Below, one piece after another: positions 10,558 through 21,600 of a stretch of 64,000 nt of DNA (the first letter of the stretch is position 1; each line of letters starts with the position of its first letter). Source of the DNA: Armatimonadota bacterium (lineage in GTDB: Bacteria; Armatimonadota; UBA5829; DTLH01). A program made the position numbers and the translations under genes. The notes under the pieces are model-generated. The model did not search any database. It was not told the origin of the DNA and saw only the letters and a program-made list of their open reading frames with translations. Where the stretch lies: assembly GCA_038207085.1 (NCBI GenBank), contig JBBRAE010000008.1:63743-127742 (forward strand), read 5' to 3'.

Positions 10558-10586
10558 ATTGTAGCGAGTATCACTTTATGTGTCAA
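10558..10586 (-). promoter_or_regulatory. sigma70-type promoter of tRNA-Leu
   Basis: TTGACA-N17-TACAAT just upstream of the tRNA. Confidence 0.8.
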
Positions 10587-10600
10587 GCGTTTTGTGGCCA

Positions 10601-11494
10601 CTACTTGGATAATTCTTGCAGATGGTCTATTTGTTCACTCTCTGTGAGGTCTATGGGTTCGGTGCGATCGCGCAGGTAGATGATCCAGTAGACCAGCCCG
10701 ACCATCACCGCGCCGCCGATGATGTTGCCGATCGTCACCGGCAATAGGTTGCCGACCAGAAACCTCTCAGGGGTGAAGATAGACACAGGATACTTTTCGA
10801 TCACGTGCACGGTTGCAGGATTGGATAAGAACTGAGGCGTGTGCGAGAGCATCATCCCGTAGGGGATGAGAAACATATTCGCGACGCTGTGCTCAAAACC
10901 CATCGCCACAAACGCGGTTACGGGGAAGATTATCGCGACGATCTTGTCGGCGACCGAGCGCGACCCATAGCAGAGCCACACGGCGATACACACAAGCGCG
11001 TTGCAGAGCGCTCCACTTGCGACAGCTGCTGCAAATGAGAGGCTCAGCTTCTTACCTGCAATGACGTACGCCGTCGCTCCGACCGACATATCACCGGCCT
11101 TCCAGTGGCCCGCGAGAATGATCAGCCCGACAGTGAGCAGGCTTCCGACAAAGTTGCCGAGGTATACGATCGTCCAGTTGCGCAGCAGCCGCCCCATGCT
11201 AACTCTGCCGCTGATCGCCGCCATGATGATAAGAGTGTTGCCGGTGAAGAGTTCCGCACCGGCAACGACTACCAATATTAGCCCGAGGCAGAATACGAGC
11301 CCTCCAATGAGCCTCGTGATCCCGTATCCCGCCTCTGAGCCGGTTATCGAGTTTAGATAGAAAGCCGAACCAAGGGCGACGAACCCACCCGCAAGCACCG
11401 CAAGCATAAACGTGCTCAGGAAATCGAGCCTGGCTTTCGCCACACCTACGTTTTCAGCCTTCTTCGCGATATCCTTGGGAGGGAATGCGTCCAT
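10601..11494 (-). CDS. Formate/nitrite transporter (FocA/FdhC family)
   Basis: GAELFTGN, CNALVC, GFEHSVANM and GNIIGG FNT signatures; multiple TM helices. Confidence 0.95.
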   Translation of the reverse strand: MDAFPPKDIAKKAENVGVAKARLDFLSTFMLAVLAGGFVALGSAFYLNSITGSEAGYGITRLIGGLVFCLGLILVVVAGAELFTGNTLIIMAAISGRVSMGRLLRNWTIVYLGNFVGSLLTVGLIILAGHWKAGDMSVGATAYVIAGKKLSLSFAAAVASGALCNALVCIAVWLCYGSRSVADKIVAIIFPVTAFVAMGFEHSVANMFLIPYGMMLSHTPQFLSNPATVHVIEKYPVSIFTPERFLVGNLLPVTIGNIIGGAVMVGLVYWIIYLRDRTEPIDLTESEQIDHLQELSK

Positions 11495-11559
11495 CTAGTT
11501 CATCTCCGGTGGCGCAAGCGCCACTGTGAAAGCAGCCATCGGCTGCGAAAGAACTGGCG

Positions 11560-14500
11560 CTATGCGCCACCGGTGATCCTCAGGATCATCATGTCATGTT
11601 TCTTCAGTGGGAATGTTACACTATTCCCCTTAACACTCAGGGGTGTAACATCCTTCTTTTCTGTGTCGGTTACGGTATAATCGCCATACCCAAGCGCTTT
11701 CGGGTCGATGTTGAGCTTTACCTGCTCATCGTTGTCTGAGTAGCCGACGACTACCACAATCGCTTCGCGTCCGGGGACGCTGTAGACGATTGTCGGGATG
11801 TCCTTGTTGCCGGTCGTGACGGGTTGCGCGCGGTCGTCCCAGTAGCGGTAGACCGTAAGCGCCGGGTCGTCGAGCAGGTCGAGTATTGGTTTGGGAACAC
11901 TGCCGCCGTCGAGCTCGTGCACGAGCCTGGAGGCGACGAATGTTCTTGCGATCCACTGGTCGTCTGCCTGTGCTCCGTGCTCGCCGAGCGGAACGGGCCA
12001 TACGCCGGAGAGTTCTCCGTCTGTGGCAAGCTGGATATACTCGCGGGTGAACCTGTCCTGCACCTCGCCGCTTGAGTACTTCCATTCCCAGTCATACTGC
12101 ACCGTGGCGAAGCTCATGATCGGCAGGCAGTTGAAGCTGGTCATGTGTGGGAACGTGATCGGCAGCATCCCGCGCTCGTTCATCATGACAAACGTGCGTT
12201 TGACGAGGTCGCGCAATTCCCATATGCCGGTCGCCGGGACGATCTTGCCCGAGGTGTCCTTGTAGGCGGCGGTCATCTCTGTGTTGGCAGTCGCGACGAT
12301 GAACATATTGTCCCAGTAGACGCCCTTGTTATTCCCGACCTCGAAGCTCTTCGCGTACCAATAGAGCGCATGGTCGATGTAGGACTTGGATGGGACGATC
12401 TTGATCTCGTACCGGTTGTTGTCTTTGCCGAAAGCTCTGAAGTCGGAAAGCCCCCACTCATCTTTGAACGTTTCGAACTCGTCAGCCGCATTGTAGCTTG
12501 CCCGGTTGTAGTAGAAGACCATGTTGGCCCCGAGGTGCGACCTCAGATTGTACCCCGCGCAGGCCTTGAACCAGTAAAGGGGCTCATTGCCGTAGGGCTC
12601 GAAGTAGTGCTTGCCGTAGTCGATCAGGTCGTTGATCTCTTTGTCGCTTACCTGCTCTTTGTTGCCCTTAGCGATCATCTCCCAGAAGCGCATGTCCTTG
12701 CCTGCCGGGTAGACGCTTCCGCAGTTGCCGAGCGCGAGCCAGTTGATGTCGGTGCCCAGGAGCTGATAATTGTCTCGCTCGTAGCGGTATCTCCACCAGT
12801 TGGGGTTGCCGTCTGCCGTGATTCTCGGTTTGACGGGCGCACCAAGCAGGCCGAAGGTGATCGTTCTCGGGTGCGTGATGACGGTCGGCTGGTTAACGAG
12901 GTGTATTCGCAGCGTCACCTGTTCGCCGTTTCGAACGACTTCCATGTTGGAGGTCTTCGAGTCCCATCCCCAGCCGCGATTGTTGTCGGCGAACCACGCT
13001 AGCCCGCGCACGGCGTTGCCGATGAACACATACGGGCAGAAGTTCGGTATGTAGTCTATGCACTGGACCTGTGAGCCGTCCCAGACGATTCCCTGGCCCT
13101 CTGGAATCTTCTGCGCGACTGGGCTTCTTATGCTGTCGCTGTTCGCGTGGATCAACTCTGCGGCCGCTTTGTCGAACGGTATCTCAAGCGTGAGTTCGTC
13201 GATTTTCTTGCCGCCGGTTGGAAGCAGTGTGAGGTCGACCCTGAGCGTGCCGTCGTAGTCCCACGTGCCAAGCGATGTCGCCTTGAACGCGCCTGCGGTG
13301 AAGCTCGCTTTGGTCTTTGCGATGTTCGGCTTTGCGCCAAGGACTATGATCTGTTCGGCTGTTACGGGAAGTGTCTTGCCGTCGATCTTGATCGTGTAGC
13401 GCATCGGCTCAGAAAGAATCGGCTTGGCGACGCCGGTCTGCGCGGAGGTCCCGAGCATCTGGTCAAAGAGTCCAAGTCCGTTCAGTGTATACTCTCGAAG
13501 GACGGTCCTAAGCTTGTTACCATCCACTTCGATCGGCGTAAACGGCGCGTAGACCTTGTCGCTTATGCCCACCTTGCTGTTTTCCCACGGGTAAACCGTG
13601 CGCTCGAAGGTCTTTACGACCTCTTTGGCCGAAACGCCCTTGCCCGCGGCCTTTACGACGATCTCGTAGTTGCCCTTGAGCGGCGGCAGGTTGAACGCGA
13701 CCTCCTGGCGACCGCCTTTGAACCCGGCTGCTGGGAATTTCGTAGTGTGGATCACCTTCTTGTTCGACGCTTCGCGCACGACTGCCGTCACGGCTGTGAC
13801 CTTGGCGGTCTTCGGCATATTGGTGATATCGGCGAAGAGCTTCATCTTGTTTTTGGAGGGATAATACGCGAAGCCGAAGTTGAGCGGCGGCTTTTTGATC
13901 TCAGCTCCCTTGCCGACGTATATGACGGGTTCGCCTTTGGTCCACTTGGTGCGCCTGTCGTAGATGGACACGCCGTCGGCGGTTTTGACTGTAGCGTCGA
14001 GCTGATAGCTTGTCGTCGGGTCGTCTTTGGGGATCGCAAGGGCGATCTCTTCATTTGTTCCCGGGGCAAGCGTGATTGCCTTCTGCTCTTTAAGCTCTGG
14101 CATGTTGTTGCGATTCACAAAAAGCCGGGCGTCCAGGTTTATCGCAGCGTCTGTCGGGTTGAACAGGGAAAGCGTGCCCTTTGCTCCCTGGATATAGGGG
14201 TCGCTGTCCCAGGCGAACTGGACCGCCGGGGCTTTGGGGTCGAACTTGAACAGGCATCCAGCTAGCGCGTAACCGCCGCCATCGGGAAGGGCGCTCCATG
14301 ACCATTCCGGTTTCCAGTTGCGGGTAATGTTGATCTGCCAGATTCCGTCCGTCGTCTTGCGGCCCGGGCCGGAGTATTTCATAGTTTCAATAGGAATGGC
14401 ACACTCCCACTGCCACCAGCCGCCTCCTACGGAGTTGGCGAGCTTCCAGTTGCCTTTCCAGCTCGGGGTGTCGTTTCCTTTGGCTACAGTGTGGATCTTG

Positions 14501-14913
14501 TAGCCGCCTTTACCCGTTGAGTTGAAGAGGAACTGATACTGCACCTGGTCAGCCTGGTTCGGCGCAGGGTTTATGTAGACCTCAGCGGAGTCGTCACAGA
14601 CCGTGTTCAGGTTGTCGTTTTGTGGGTCTGCGAACAGCTTGCCCTTGGTGGGGAGCATGCTCCGCATCGCAATGTAGATATTCTTTTCGTCTGCGCCGAC
14701 ATAGGTCTGGACGCGCCGCTGATCGATCTTTGCGCCGTTGAACAGTCCGTCGAAACCGGCAGACGCGGCCCATTCAGCGGCGTCGATCTTGCCGTCGATC
14801 GTCGGCGGCTTTGCCATAATCGGCACACGGTTCTCGCCCGCGGCGTGAGCCGTTCCTGCGAGTGTGGCTGCTGCTGCTATGAGCGCGCTCACCAAAGTGG
14901 TGGCTTTCTGCAT
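11560..14913 (-). CDS. Large secreted putative glycoside hydrolase (CBM9-like N-terminus, DUF6067-like core), paralogue 2
   Basis: Signal peptide ending AHA; PPTIDGKID..EW and D.VEVYI CBM9-like motifs; GVYWDN catalytic-type motif. Start set at ATG 14913 after GGAGG. Family name is from resemblance only. Confidence 0.65.
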   Translation of the reverse strand: MQKATTLVSALIAAAATLAGTAHAAGENRVPIMAKPPTIDGKIDAAEWAASAGFDGLFNGAKIDQRRVQTYVGADEKNIYIAMRSMLPTKGKLFADPQNDNLNTVCDDSAEVYINPAPNQADQVQYQFLFNSTGKGGYKIHTVAKGNDTPSWKGNWKLANSVGGGWWQWECAIPIETMKYSGPGRKTTDGIWQINITRNWKPEWSWSALPDGGGYALAGCLFKFDPKAPAVQFAWDSDPYIQGAKGTLSLFNPTDAAINLDARLFVNRNNMPELKEQKAITLAPGTNEEIALAIPKDDPTTSYQLDATVKTADGVSIYDRRTKWTKGEPVIYVGKGAEIKKPPLNFGFAYYPSKNKMKLFADITNMPKTAKVTAVTAVVREASNKKVIHTTKFPAAGFKGGRQEVAFNLPPLKGNYEIVVKAAGKGVSAKEVVKTFERTVYPWENSKVGISDKVYAPFTPIEVDGNKLRTVLREYTLNGLGLFDQMLGTSAQTGVAKPILSEPMRYTIKIDGKTLPVTAEQIIVLGAKPNIAKTKASFTAGAFKATSLGTWDYDGTLRVDLTLLPTGGKKIDELTLEIPFDKAAAELIHANSDSIRSPVAQKIPEGQGIVWDGSQVQCIDYIPNFCPYVFIGNAVRGLAWFADNNRGWGWDSKTSNMEVVRNGEQVTLRIHLVNQPTVITHPRTITFGLLGAPVKPRITADGNPNWWRYRYERDNYQLLGTDINWLALGNCGSVYPAGKDMRFWEMIAKGNKEQVSDKEINDLIDYGKHYFEPYGNEPLYWFKACAGYNLRSHLGANMVFYYNRASYNAADEFETFKDEWGLSDFRAFGKDNNRYEIKIVPSKSYIDHALYWYAKSFEVGNNKGVYWDNMFIVATANTEMTAAYKDTSGKIVPATGIWELRDLVKRTFVMMNERGMLPITFPHMTSFNCLPIMSFATVQYDWEWKYSSGEVQDRFTREYIQLATDGELSGVWPVPLGEHGAQADDQWIARTFVASRLVHELDGGSVPKPILDLLDDPALTVYRYWDDRAQPVTTGNKDIPTIVYSVPGREAIVVVVGYSDNDEQVKLNIDPKALGYGDYTVTDTEKKDVTPLSVKGNSVTFPLKKHDMMILRITGGA

Positions 14914-14925
14914 CCTGACCTCCAT

Positions 14926-17900
14926 CTATTTATCTCCCTTGGGTGCTATTTTGAGGATGATCATATCGTGTTTCTTGAGCGAGAACTTGACAGCATTGCC
15001 TTTGACTGGCAGCGGCTCTGAGTTTTCTTTTTCGGTGTCGGTGACGGTGTAGGTGCCCAAACCGAGCGTTGTCGGGTGGATCTTGAGCTTGATCTCTTCG
15101 TCCTTTTCGGAGTAGCTGACGACGACTGCGATCGCCTCTTTGCCCGGCACACTGTATACGACCGTCGGGATGTCTCTGTTGCCTGTCGTAACTGGCAGCG
15201 TGCGGTCGTCCCAGTAGCGGTAGACCTGAAGCGTGGGGTCGTCGAGAATGTTTAGTATGGGTTGCGGAACATCTCCGTCGAGTTCGTGCACCAGCCTTAC
15301 GGCCCTGAACGTTCTTTGTATCCACTGGTCGTTTTCCTGCGGTCCATGGTCGCCGAGGAGCACCGGCCATACCCCTGAGAGCTCGCCGGTTGTTGCGAGC
15401 TTGATATACTCGCGGGTGAACCTGTCCTGTACCTCACCGCGCGAATACTGCCACTCCCAGTCATACTGCACCGTTGAGAAACTCATAATCGGCAGTGGGT
15501 TGAAGCTTGTCATGTGCGGGAATGTGATCGGGAGCATCCCGCGCTCGTTCATCATGACAAACGTGCGCTTGACGAGGTCCCGAAGCTCCCAGAACCCGGA
15601 TGCAGGGATGACTGAGCCATCAGTGGACTCGTAGGCGTCGGTCATCTCTGTGTTTCTGGTGGGGACTATGAACATGTTGTCCCAGTAGACGCCCTTGTTA
15701 TTTCCGACCTCGAAGCTTTTTGTATACCAATACATGCAGTAGTCTAGGTAGGACTGGGTGGGGACCACTTTGATCTCGCCGATGCCGTTACCCTTCTCAA
15801 CTGTGCGAAGGTTGTCGCAGCTCCACTCGTCCTTGAACGTCTCGAACTCTTCGCAAGCCTGATAGCTTGCGCGGTTGTAGTAGAAGACCATCTTCTTGCC
15901 CTGACGATTTCTCAGATTTGGGCCGACGTGATGTTTGAATGTGGCGAGCCAGTCTGGGTAAGGCGCGAAGTACGGGCTTCCTCGCTCAATCACTTCCTGG
16001 ATTAGGCTGTCTGGGGCCTGCTCTTTGTTGCCGCGGGCGATCGCCTCCCAGAGGAACATATCTTTCCCTGCGGGGTAGACTGCGGCGCAGTTTCCAAGTG
16101 CAAACCAGTTGATATCGGTACCAAGAAGCGAGTAATGATCGCGGGCGTATCGGTAGCGCCACGAGTTCGGGTTTGAGTTCGCGGCAAGCCTCGGTTTCAC
16201 AGGTGCTGCGAGCATCCCGAATGTGATCGTCCTTGGTTCGGTGATGACTGTCGGCTTGTTGACGAGGTGGATTCGCAGCACTACGTTCTTACCAGTGCGC
16301 ACAAGTTCCATATTCGGCGTGGCGCTGTCCCAGAGCCATCCCTGGTCGTTTTCTGCGAACCAGGAGAGCCCGCGCACTGCGTTGCCGACAAAAACATACG
16401 GGCAGAAGAGCCTCGGCCAGTCAAGGGTGCCGAGGTTCTTTGAGCTCCAGACGATGCCCTTCCCCTCAGGGATTTGCCGCGCTACAGGAACTCTGATGCG
16501 GTCGGCGTTGGCGTGGATCATCTCGCCGGTCTCAGCGTTGAACGGGATCTCAAGCGTGAGCTCATCGACCGTCTTGCCAGCCGACGGCTGCAGGGTGAGT
16601 TCGACTTTTACCGTGCCGTCATAGTCCCAGAGGCTTTTTGACGAGGCCCTGAGCGCTCCAGCTGTAAAGGTGGTCTCGGTTGTCACTTCGTTCTGCTTGG
16701 CTGATACGACACGGAGCGTGCCTGCTTGAATCGCTGTCGGTTTGCCGTCCACACGGGCGACGTAGCGCATGGGCGATGCAAGCATCGGTTTGGCGATGCC
16801 GGTGTTCGCCGACTCGCCGGTTATCTGGTCTAGCAGTCCAAGGCCGTTTAGCGTATGATTGCGAAGGACGGTCGAGAGCGTGTTGCCAACTACTTTGATC
16901 GGAGTAAACGGCGCGTAGACCTTGTCACTGAGGCCCAGAGTGTTGTGTTCCCACTCATAAACGGTTCGCTCGAAGGGTTTGACTATTGCCGCAGGGGCGT
17001 TTGTCCCACGTGGGCTAAGTACTAGCTCATACTGCCCTTTGAGCGGCGGCAGGTTCATCTCAAGCTCCTGTTTGCCTGCCTTATCGAACCCGTCAAGCGA
17101 TACGGGCTGCACTTTGACCGTCTTGCCGCCCGCTTCACGAACCGTAGCGCTCAGGCCGGCGAGCTTTGCGTCGCTGGGAAGCCCTGAGATGTCGATCGCA
17201 ATGCGCATCTTGTTTGTGTAAGGGTAGTAAGCAAAGTCGAGCTTGAGCGGGGCTTTCTTGACAACAACGTCTCCGCCCTTGTAGACAAGCTTGGATGTGC
17301 GGGGCCACTTGGTGGCGCGGTCGTAGTAGACGGTTTTGCCGTCGGCGGAGGTGACGAGGATGCGCTGGTCAAAAGCGGTCGTCGCGTCGTCCTTGGGGCA
17401 GGTGATGACAAGGCTTTCGCGCGCTCCAGGGGCCAGTGTAAACTTCTTAGCCTGCCTGATCTCGGGCATCCGGTCGCGGTCTATCACGATGGACGCATCA
17501 AGCTCCATCGGTGCGTTTGTCGGGTTGTATAGTGAAAGCGTTCCAGAGAAGTCGGAGAGAAACGGGTCGGAGCCGACCGAGTAACCGACCGCTGGGGCCG
17601 CTTTTGTGAACATGAACGGCAGTCCCTGGAAGAGATGTGGGCCGCCTGCGCTGAACCCGCCGTTTAGAGTCTGGCACGCGATGGAGCCAACTGCGCCGGT
17701 CGGGCCTTTCCACTCACGGGACAGGTTCAAAACCCAGACGCCATCCGTGATCTTGCGAACTTTCTTGACCGCGCTCATGCTGGAGATCGGTACCGCGCAC
17801 TCAAACTCCCAGTATCCGTTTCTGAAACCTATGGCTTTCTGCCAGCCGCCATCCCAGCCCGGGTCTTCCTGGGCATTGTTCAGCTCATGCACTCTGTAGG

Positions 17901-18303
17901 TTGCATATCCGAGGTGGTTCACGAGTAGCTGATACTGAAGCTGTTTGTAATCGTTTGGGATCGGGTTTATGTGCACGTCGACTGTGTCGTCGCTCCAAAA
18001 CATCTGTGCAAGGTTTGCCCGGGGCTCTGATATCAGGCTCCCTTCGTCGGGGGTCTGTGTGCGTACCGCGAAGTAGAGCGTTTTCTCATCTGCGCTGACC
18101 CAGGCCTGCGCGCGCTGTTGGACAAGCCCTTCGGTACGACCGAAACCGTCAAATGAAGTGGCAGTAGCCCATTCACATGTTTCTATCTTGCCGTCAATCT
18201 GTGGTGGTGTGCTTGTTAGTGGTGATGTGAAGTTGTCGGCGTGAGCCGTGCCAACGAGTGCAGCAAGCATTGCGGCTGCCGCCAGTCTTTGAAGATGAAA
18301 CAT
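14926..18303 (-). CDS. Large secreted putative glycoside hydrolase (CBM9-like N-terminus, DUF6067-like core), paralogue 1
   Basis: Same architecture as its neighbour; shares near-identical blocks such as KSFEVGNNKGVYWDNMFIV and WELRDLVKRTFVMMNERGMLPITFPHMTSFN. Confidence 0.65.
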   Translation of the reverse strand: MFHLQRLAAAAMLAALVGTAHADNFTSPLTSTPPQIDGKIETCEWATATSFDGFGRTEGLVQQRAQAWVSADEKTLYFAVRTQTPDEGSLISEPRANLAQMFWSDDTVDVHINPIPNDYKQLQYQLLVNHLGYATYRVHELNNAQEDPGWDGGWQKAIGFRNGYWEFECAVPISSMSAVKKVRKITDGVWVLNLSREWKGPTGAVGSIACQTLNGGFSAGGPHLFQGLPFMFTKAAPAVGYSVGSDPFLSDFSGTLSLYNPTNAPMELDASIVIDRDRMPEIRQAKKFTLAPGARESLVITCPKDDATTAFDQRILVTSADGKTVYYDRATKWPRTSKLVYKGGDVVVKKAPLKLDFAYYPYTNKMRIAIDISGLPSDAKLAGLSATVREAGGKTVKVQPVSLDGFDKAGKQELEMNLPPLKGQYELVLSPRGTNAPAAIVKPFERTVYEWEHNTLGLSDKVYAPFTPIKVVGNTLSTVLRNHTLNGLGLLDQITGESANTGIAKPMLASPMRYVARVDGKPTAIQAGTLRVVSAKQNEVTTETTFTAGALRASSKSLWDYDGTVKVELTLQPSAGKTVDELTLEIPFNAETGEMIHANADRIRVPVARQIPEGKGIVWSSKNLGTLDWPRLFCPYVFVGNAVRGLSWFAENDQGWLWDSATPNMELVRTGKNVVLRIHLVNKPTVITEPRTITFGMLAAPVKPRLAANSNPNSWRYRYARDHYSLLGTDINWFALGNCAAVYPAGKDMFLWEAIARGNKEQAPDSLIQEVIERGSPYFAPYPDWLATFKHHVGPNLRNRQGKKMVFYYNRASYQACEEFETFKDEWSCDNLRTVEKGNGIGEIKVVPTQSYLDYCMYWYTKSFEVGNNKGVYWDNMFIVPTRNTEMTDAYESTDGSVIPASGFWELRDLVKRTFVMMNERGMLPITFPHMTSFNPLPIMSFSTVQYDWEWQYSRGEVQDRFTREYIKLATTGELSGVWPVLLGDHGPQENDQWIQRTFRAVRLVHELDGDVPQPILNILDDPTLQVYRYWDDRTLPVTTGNRDIPTVVYSVPGKEAIAVVVSYSEKDEEIKLKIHPTTLGLGTYTVTDTEKENSEPLPVKGNAVKFSLKKHDMIILKIAPKGDK

Positions 18304-18615
18304 TCGATTCCCCTTTGAATAGTCCCTAAATCTGATAGACGTAATAGTACAGGTTTGATAGCCATTTATCGGCTGCCTGTGGCCTGTTTGCTTTGCTGGG
18401 CAAATACGTTTGATAATCCCAGCGTTTCTATGGAATAGATGAGCATTGAAAGGCCTCGTTTCGACGAGATCACGCTCACAGATCTGACACGGAAAGGATT
18501 GATATCTAGGTCGATATACAACAGATGTGCATCAAATGCGCAGAGCTCGTTGTCACGGCCAGCGGTTGAATGATATAATGGAACAAGATATTACTCCAGA
18601 GGTTGATTCCCCGAT

Positions 18616-21600
18616 ATGACACGCCAGGCCGGGACACCTGAGTTTTCGGGCGAGGCTGGCTCCTCTCTACATTCGGATGGCTCCAAGTCGGCTGCAATAC
18701 TGCGGACCCTTGAAGCGGCCCGGGCGGAGATCGGCGCCGAGTGCCTTGCGCTCGCGGCCCAGGACGGTAATCTAAGCCATGTCCTAACATGGAAGGCTGA
18801 GCTTGACGGATGCGCGGATGCCGCGAAATGCGTTGAAGCCGCCACGCGTGTCTGCGGGGACGCCGAAGCGTCCGATTCGGGCGTGCTTTCCATCACATTC
18901 GGATCAAACCGGCGAGCCGCGCTTGCCTCTGCGGCTGGCAGCACCGAGCTATTGGAGAAGATTTCCCCCCAGATTAACCTCGCCCTTGAGAACTACAGGC
19001 TCACTTGCGAGCTTGAAGCGGCCAAAGAACAGTCGAGAAAGCGCGTGGAGGAGGTTGCGGCGGTCTACGAGATAGGCGCGGCGATAACCGAGGTCGACAC
19101 CTCTAACTTGCTCCCGATGATCACGGAAAAGGCCGCTCATGTTATGGACGCGCAGGCGTGTTCGCTCCTGATACGCGATTTCGAGAGCGATGAGCTTACG
19201 ATCGAGGCAAGCTACGGGCTGGTCGACGACATCGTGCGGGGAACGAGAATCCCGGTGGGGCAGGGGATCGCGGGGCGGGTCGCTTCGACCGGCGAGGCGA
19301 TGCTGATTCTCGATGTGGACTCCGACCCCAGGCTCCACGGTTTTGTGCGGGCGCGAAAAGACATCGCAGCCTCGATCTGCGCGCCGATGAAGGACGAAAT
19401 GGGCCGGGTGATGGGGGTGCTGAACATCAGACGGCACTTCCCAGCGGAGCCCTTTACCGAAGAGGACGTGAAGCTCTTCTCCATCTTTGCCACCCAGGCC
19501 ACACTCGCGATCTCAAACGCAAATCTCTATACCAGTCTCACCCGCCGAGTCGCCGAGATCAGCACGATCTCCGACCTGTTGCGGGCGATCAACTCGACGC
19601 TCGACCTAGACGGCGTCTTGAACCAGGTCGCCGACAGCATCGTAGACGTTGTTGGCTTTGACCGCTGCTGCGTGTATCTCTCCGACCCGCGCACAGGCGA
19701 GCTTATAGCTGGCGTCTGCCGTGGTTACACTGAGGCTGAACTCGTCGCCCCGGTCGCGCCGGGTGACGGCATTGTCGGCCTTGCCGCGCGCGAGCACATC
19801 CCGATTTTTGCCCGCGACGGCGGGATCACCGACTACGATCACCCCGGAGTCGTTCGGGAGGACGCCCACCTCGCTGCCCCGATTGTAGTGCGCGAGGAAT
19901 GCATCGGCGTTGTTATGGTCGACAACTCCGTGTCGAACCGGGCGATCCAGCCTTCTGCCGTGGAACTCCTATCGACGTTTGTCAGCCAAGCCGGTATCGC
20001 CATCGAAAACGCTCGGCTTTACGAGGCTATGGAAGAGAAATACAGCGAGCTGAACGTGCTCTTTGAGCACAGCAAGACGATCAGCTCGGCTTATGGCCTT
20101 GATAACGCCGCCACGATCGCAACCGACGTTGCGCGTAAAGCCGTCGCATGCGACGGCTGTGGGCTGCTTCTCTTGGACGAACGGCGGACCTCGATCGATC
20201 TCAAATCGGCGACCGGCGTCGACGGTGACGTGCTCGGCCTGGTGCGGGAGGTGTTGACGAGCGATCACGCGCTTGAGCTTGTTCGTGAGCTTCGTTCTAC
20301 TGTTCAGTTTACACACGAAACGGCGACAGGGCTCACACCAACGGCCCGGATTTTGATAGACCAGATCGCAGGTCCCGACGGCGCTGTGCTTTTGGTGCCG
20401 CTCCTTGCCGAGGATGCTCCGGTCGGTGCGCTTGTGATGTTCAGACGCGAGAAACCGGCGTTTGCGATCGGCGAGACCCAACTGCTTTCGATTGTTGCTT
20501 CCCAGGCTGCGGTCGTTCTGAAAAACGCTATCAGGTACGAGCAGAGGATGCGCCGTCAGGTGCTCGATCTCTCTACACTGTATGAGTTCTCGCGAAGAAT
20601 CAGCTCGTCATCGAGCCTGGAAGAGGCGCTTGACGCGATTCTCTCCATTGTGATCGATCTCGTCGACGCCGATGAAGCGGCGATATACGCGATCGACCAC
20701 GAGCACGGGCTTATGGTGCCGACGGCTGTGAAGTGTACGGTCGGCAACCCGAGAAAACTTGCCCCGCAGCCGCTTTCCGGCAACAATGTGATGAGTTGGA
20801 CGGTGCGCGAGGCGAAAGCCGTCGTCTCGCCGGACGTGAGCCAGGACCAGCGTTTCGACCCCATCAACTTGAGCGACAGGCCGATTCGCTCGCTTATGAG
20901 CATCCCGCTTATGGTGCAGGACGACGCGGTCGGCGTTCTTTCGGTCCACAGCGCGAACCCGAATCTCTACTCCGAAGACGACGTGCGGGTGCTTTCCATC
21001 ATCGCAAGCCAGAGCGCCGCTATATATAAAGAATTGGAAGCGCTCGCGACGCTTACGAGCTATACCTACAATATTCTTTCAAGTATTGCAGCAGGTGTCA
21101 TCACGCTGGACAGCGGCGGGAAGGTGCTGACATGGAACAACGCGGCGGAAAAGATCGTCGGTGTCGTGGGGTACAAAGTCATCGGGAAGCTATTCCGGGA
21201 TGTCGTGAAGTCGCTCAAGATGACCGATGAGGACAAAAAGAGCACTCTTGACATCATTGGGCACGTACAGTCCACAGGGCTGCTCTACCAGGGCTACAAG
21301 CTCGTCTATCACCCCCCCGGCCCGGACGTGATGTACTTGAACCTAAGCGCATCGGTTCTCTCGAACAACTCAGAGGAGCCGCTTGGAACCGTTATCATTT
21401 TTGAGGATATCACGCGAGATATCAAGATGGAAAACGAGTTCCGTCGGATGGGGGAGCTTGCGGCTGTCGGCCAGCTTGCGGCGAGCATCGCCCACGAGCT
21501 CAGGAACCCGTTGAGCTCGATCAAGGGCGCGGCGCAGTATCTGCAGAAGGAATTCGAGCACGAAGCTTCTATTGTAGAGTTCCTTGGTATTATAATAGAT

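Noticed and set aside
10282..10679. Small ORFs around 10300-10680
   Set aside because: They overlap tRNA-Leu, its promoter and its terminator.
12145..14265. Long plus-strand ORFs (285 and 372 aa), and similar ones at 28566, 31205, 32411, 37136, 44625 and 58155
   Set aside because: Antisense shadows of well-supported genes in GC-rich DNA, with no recognisable motifs.
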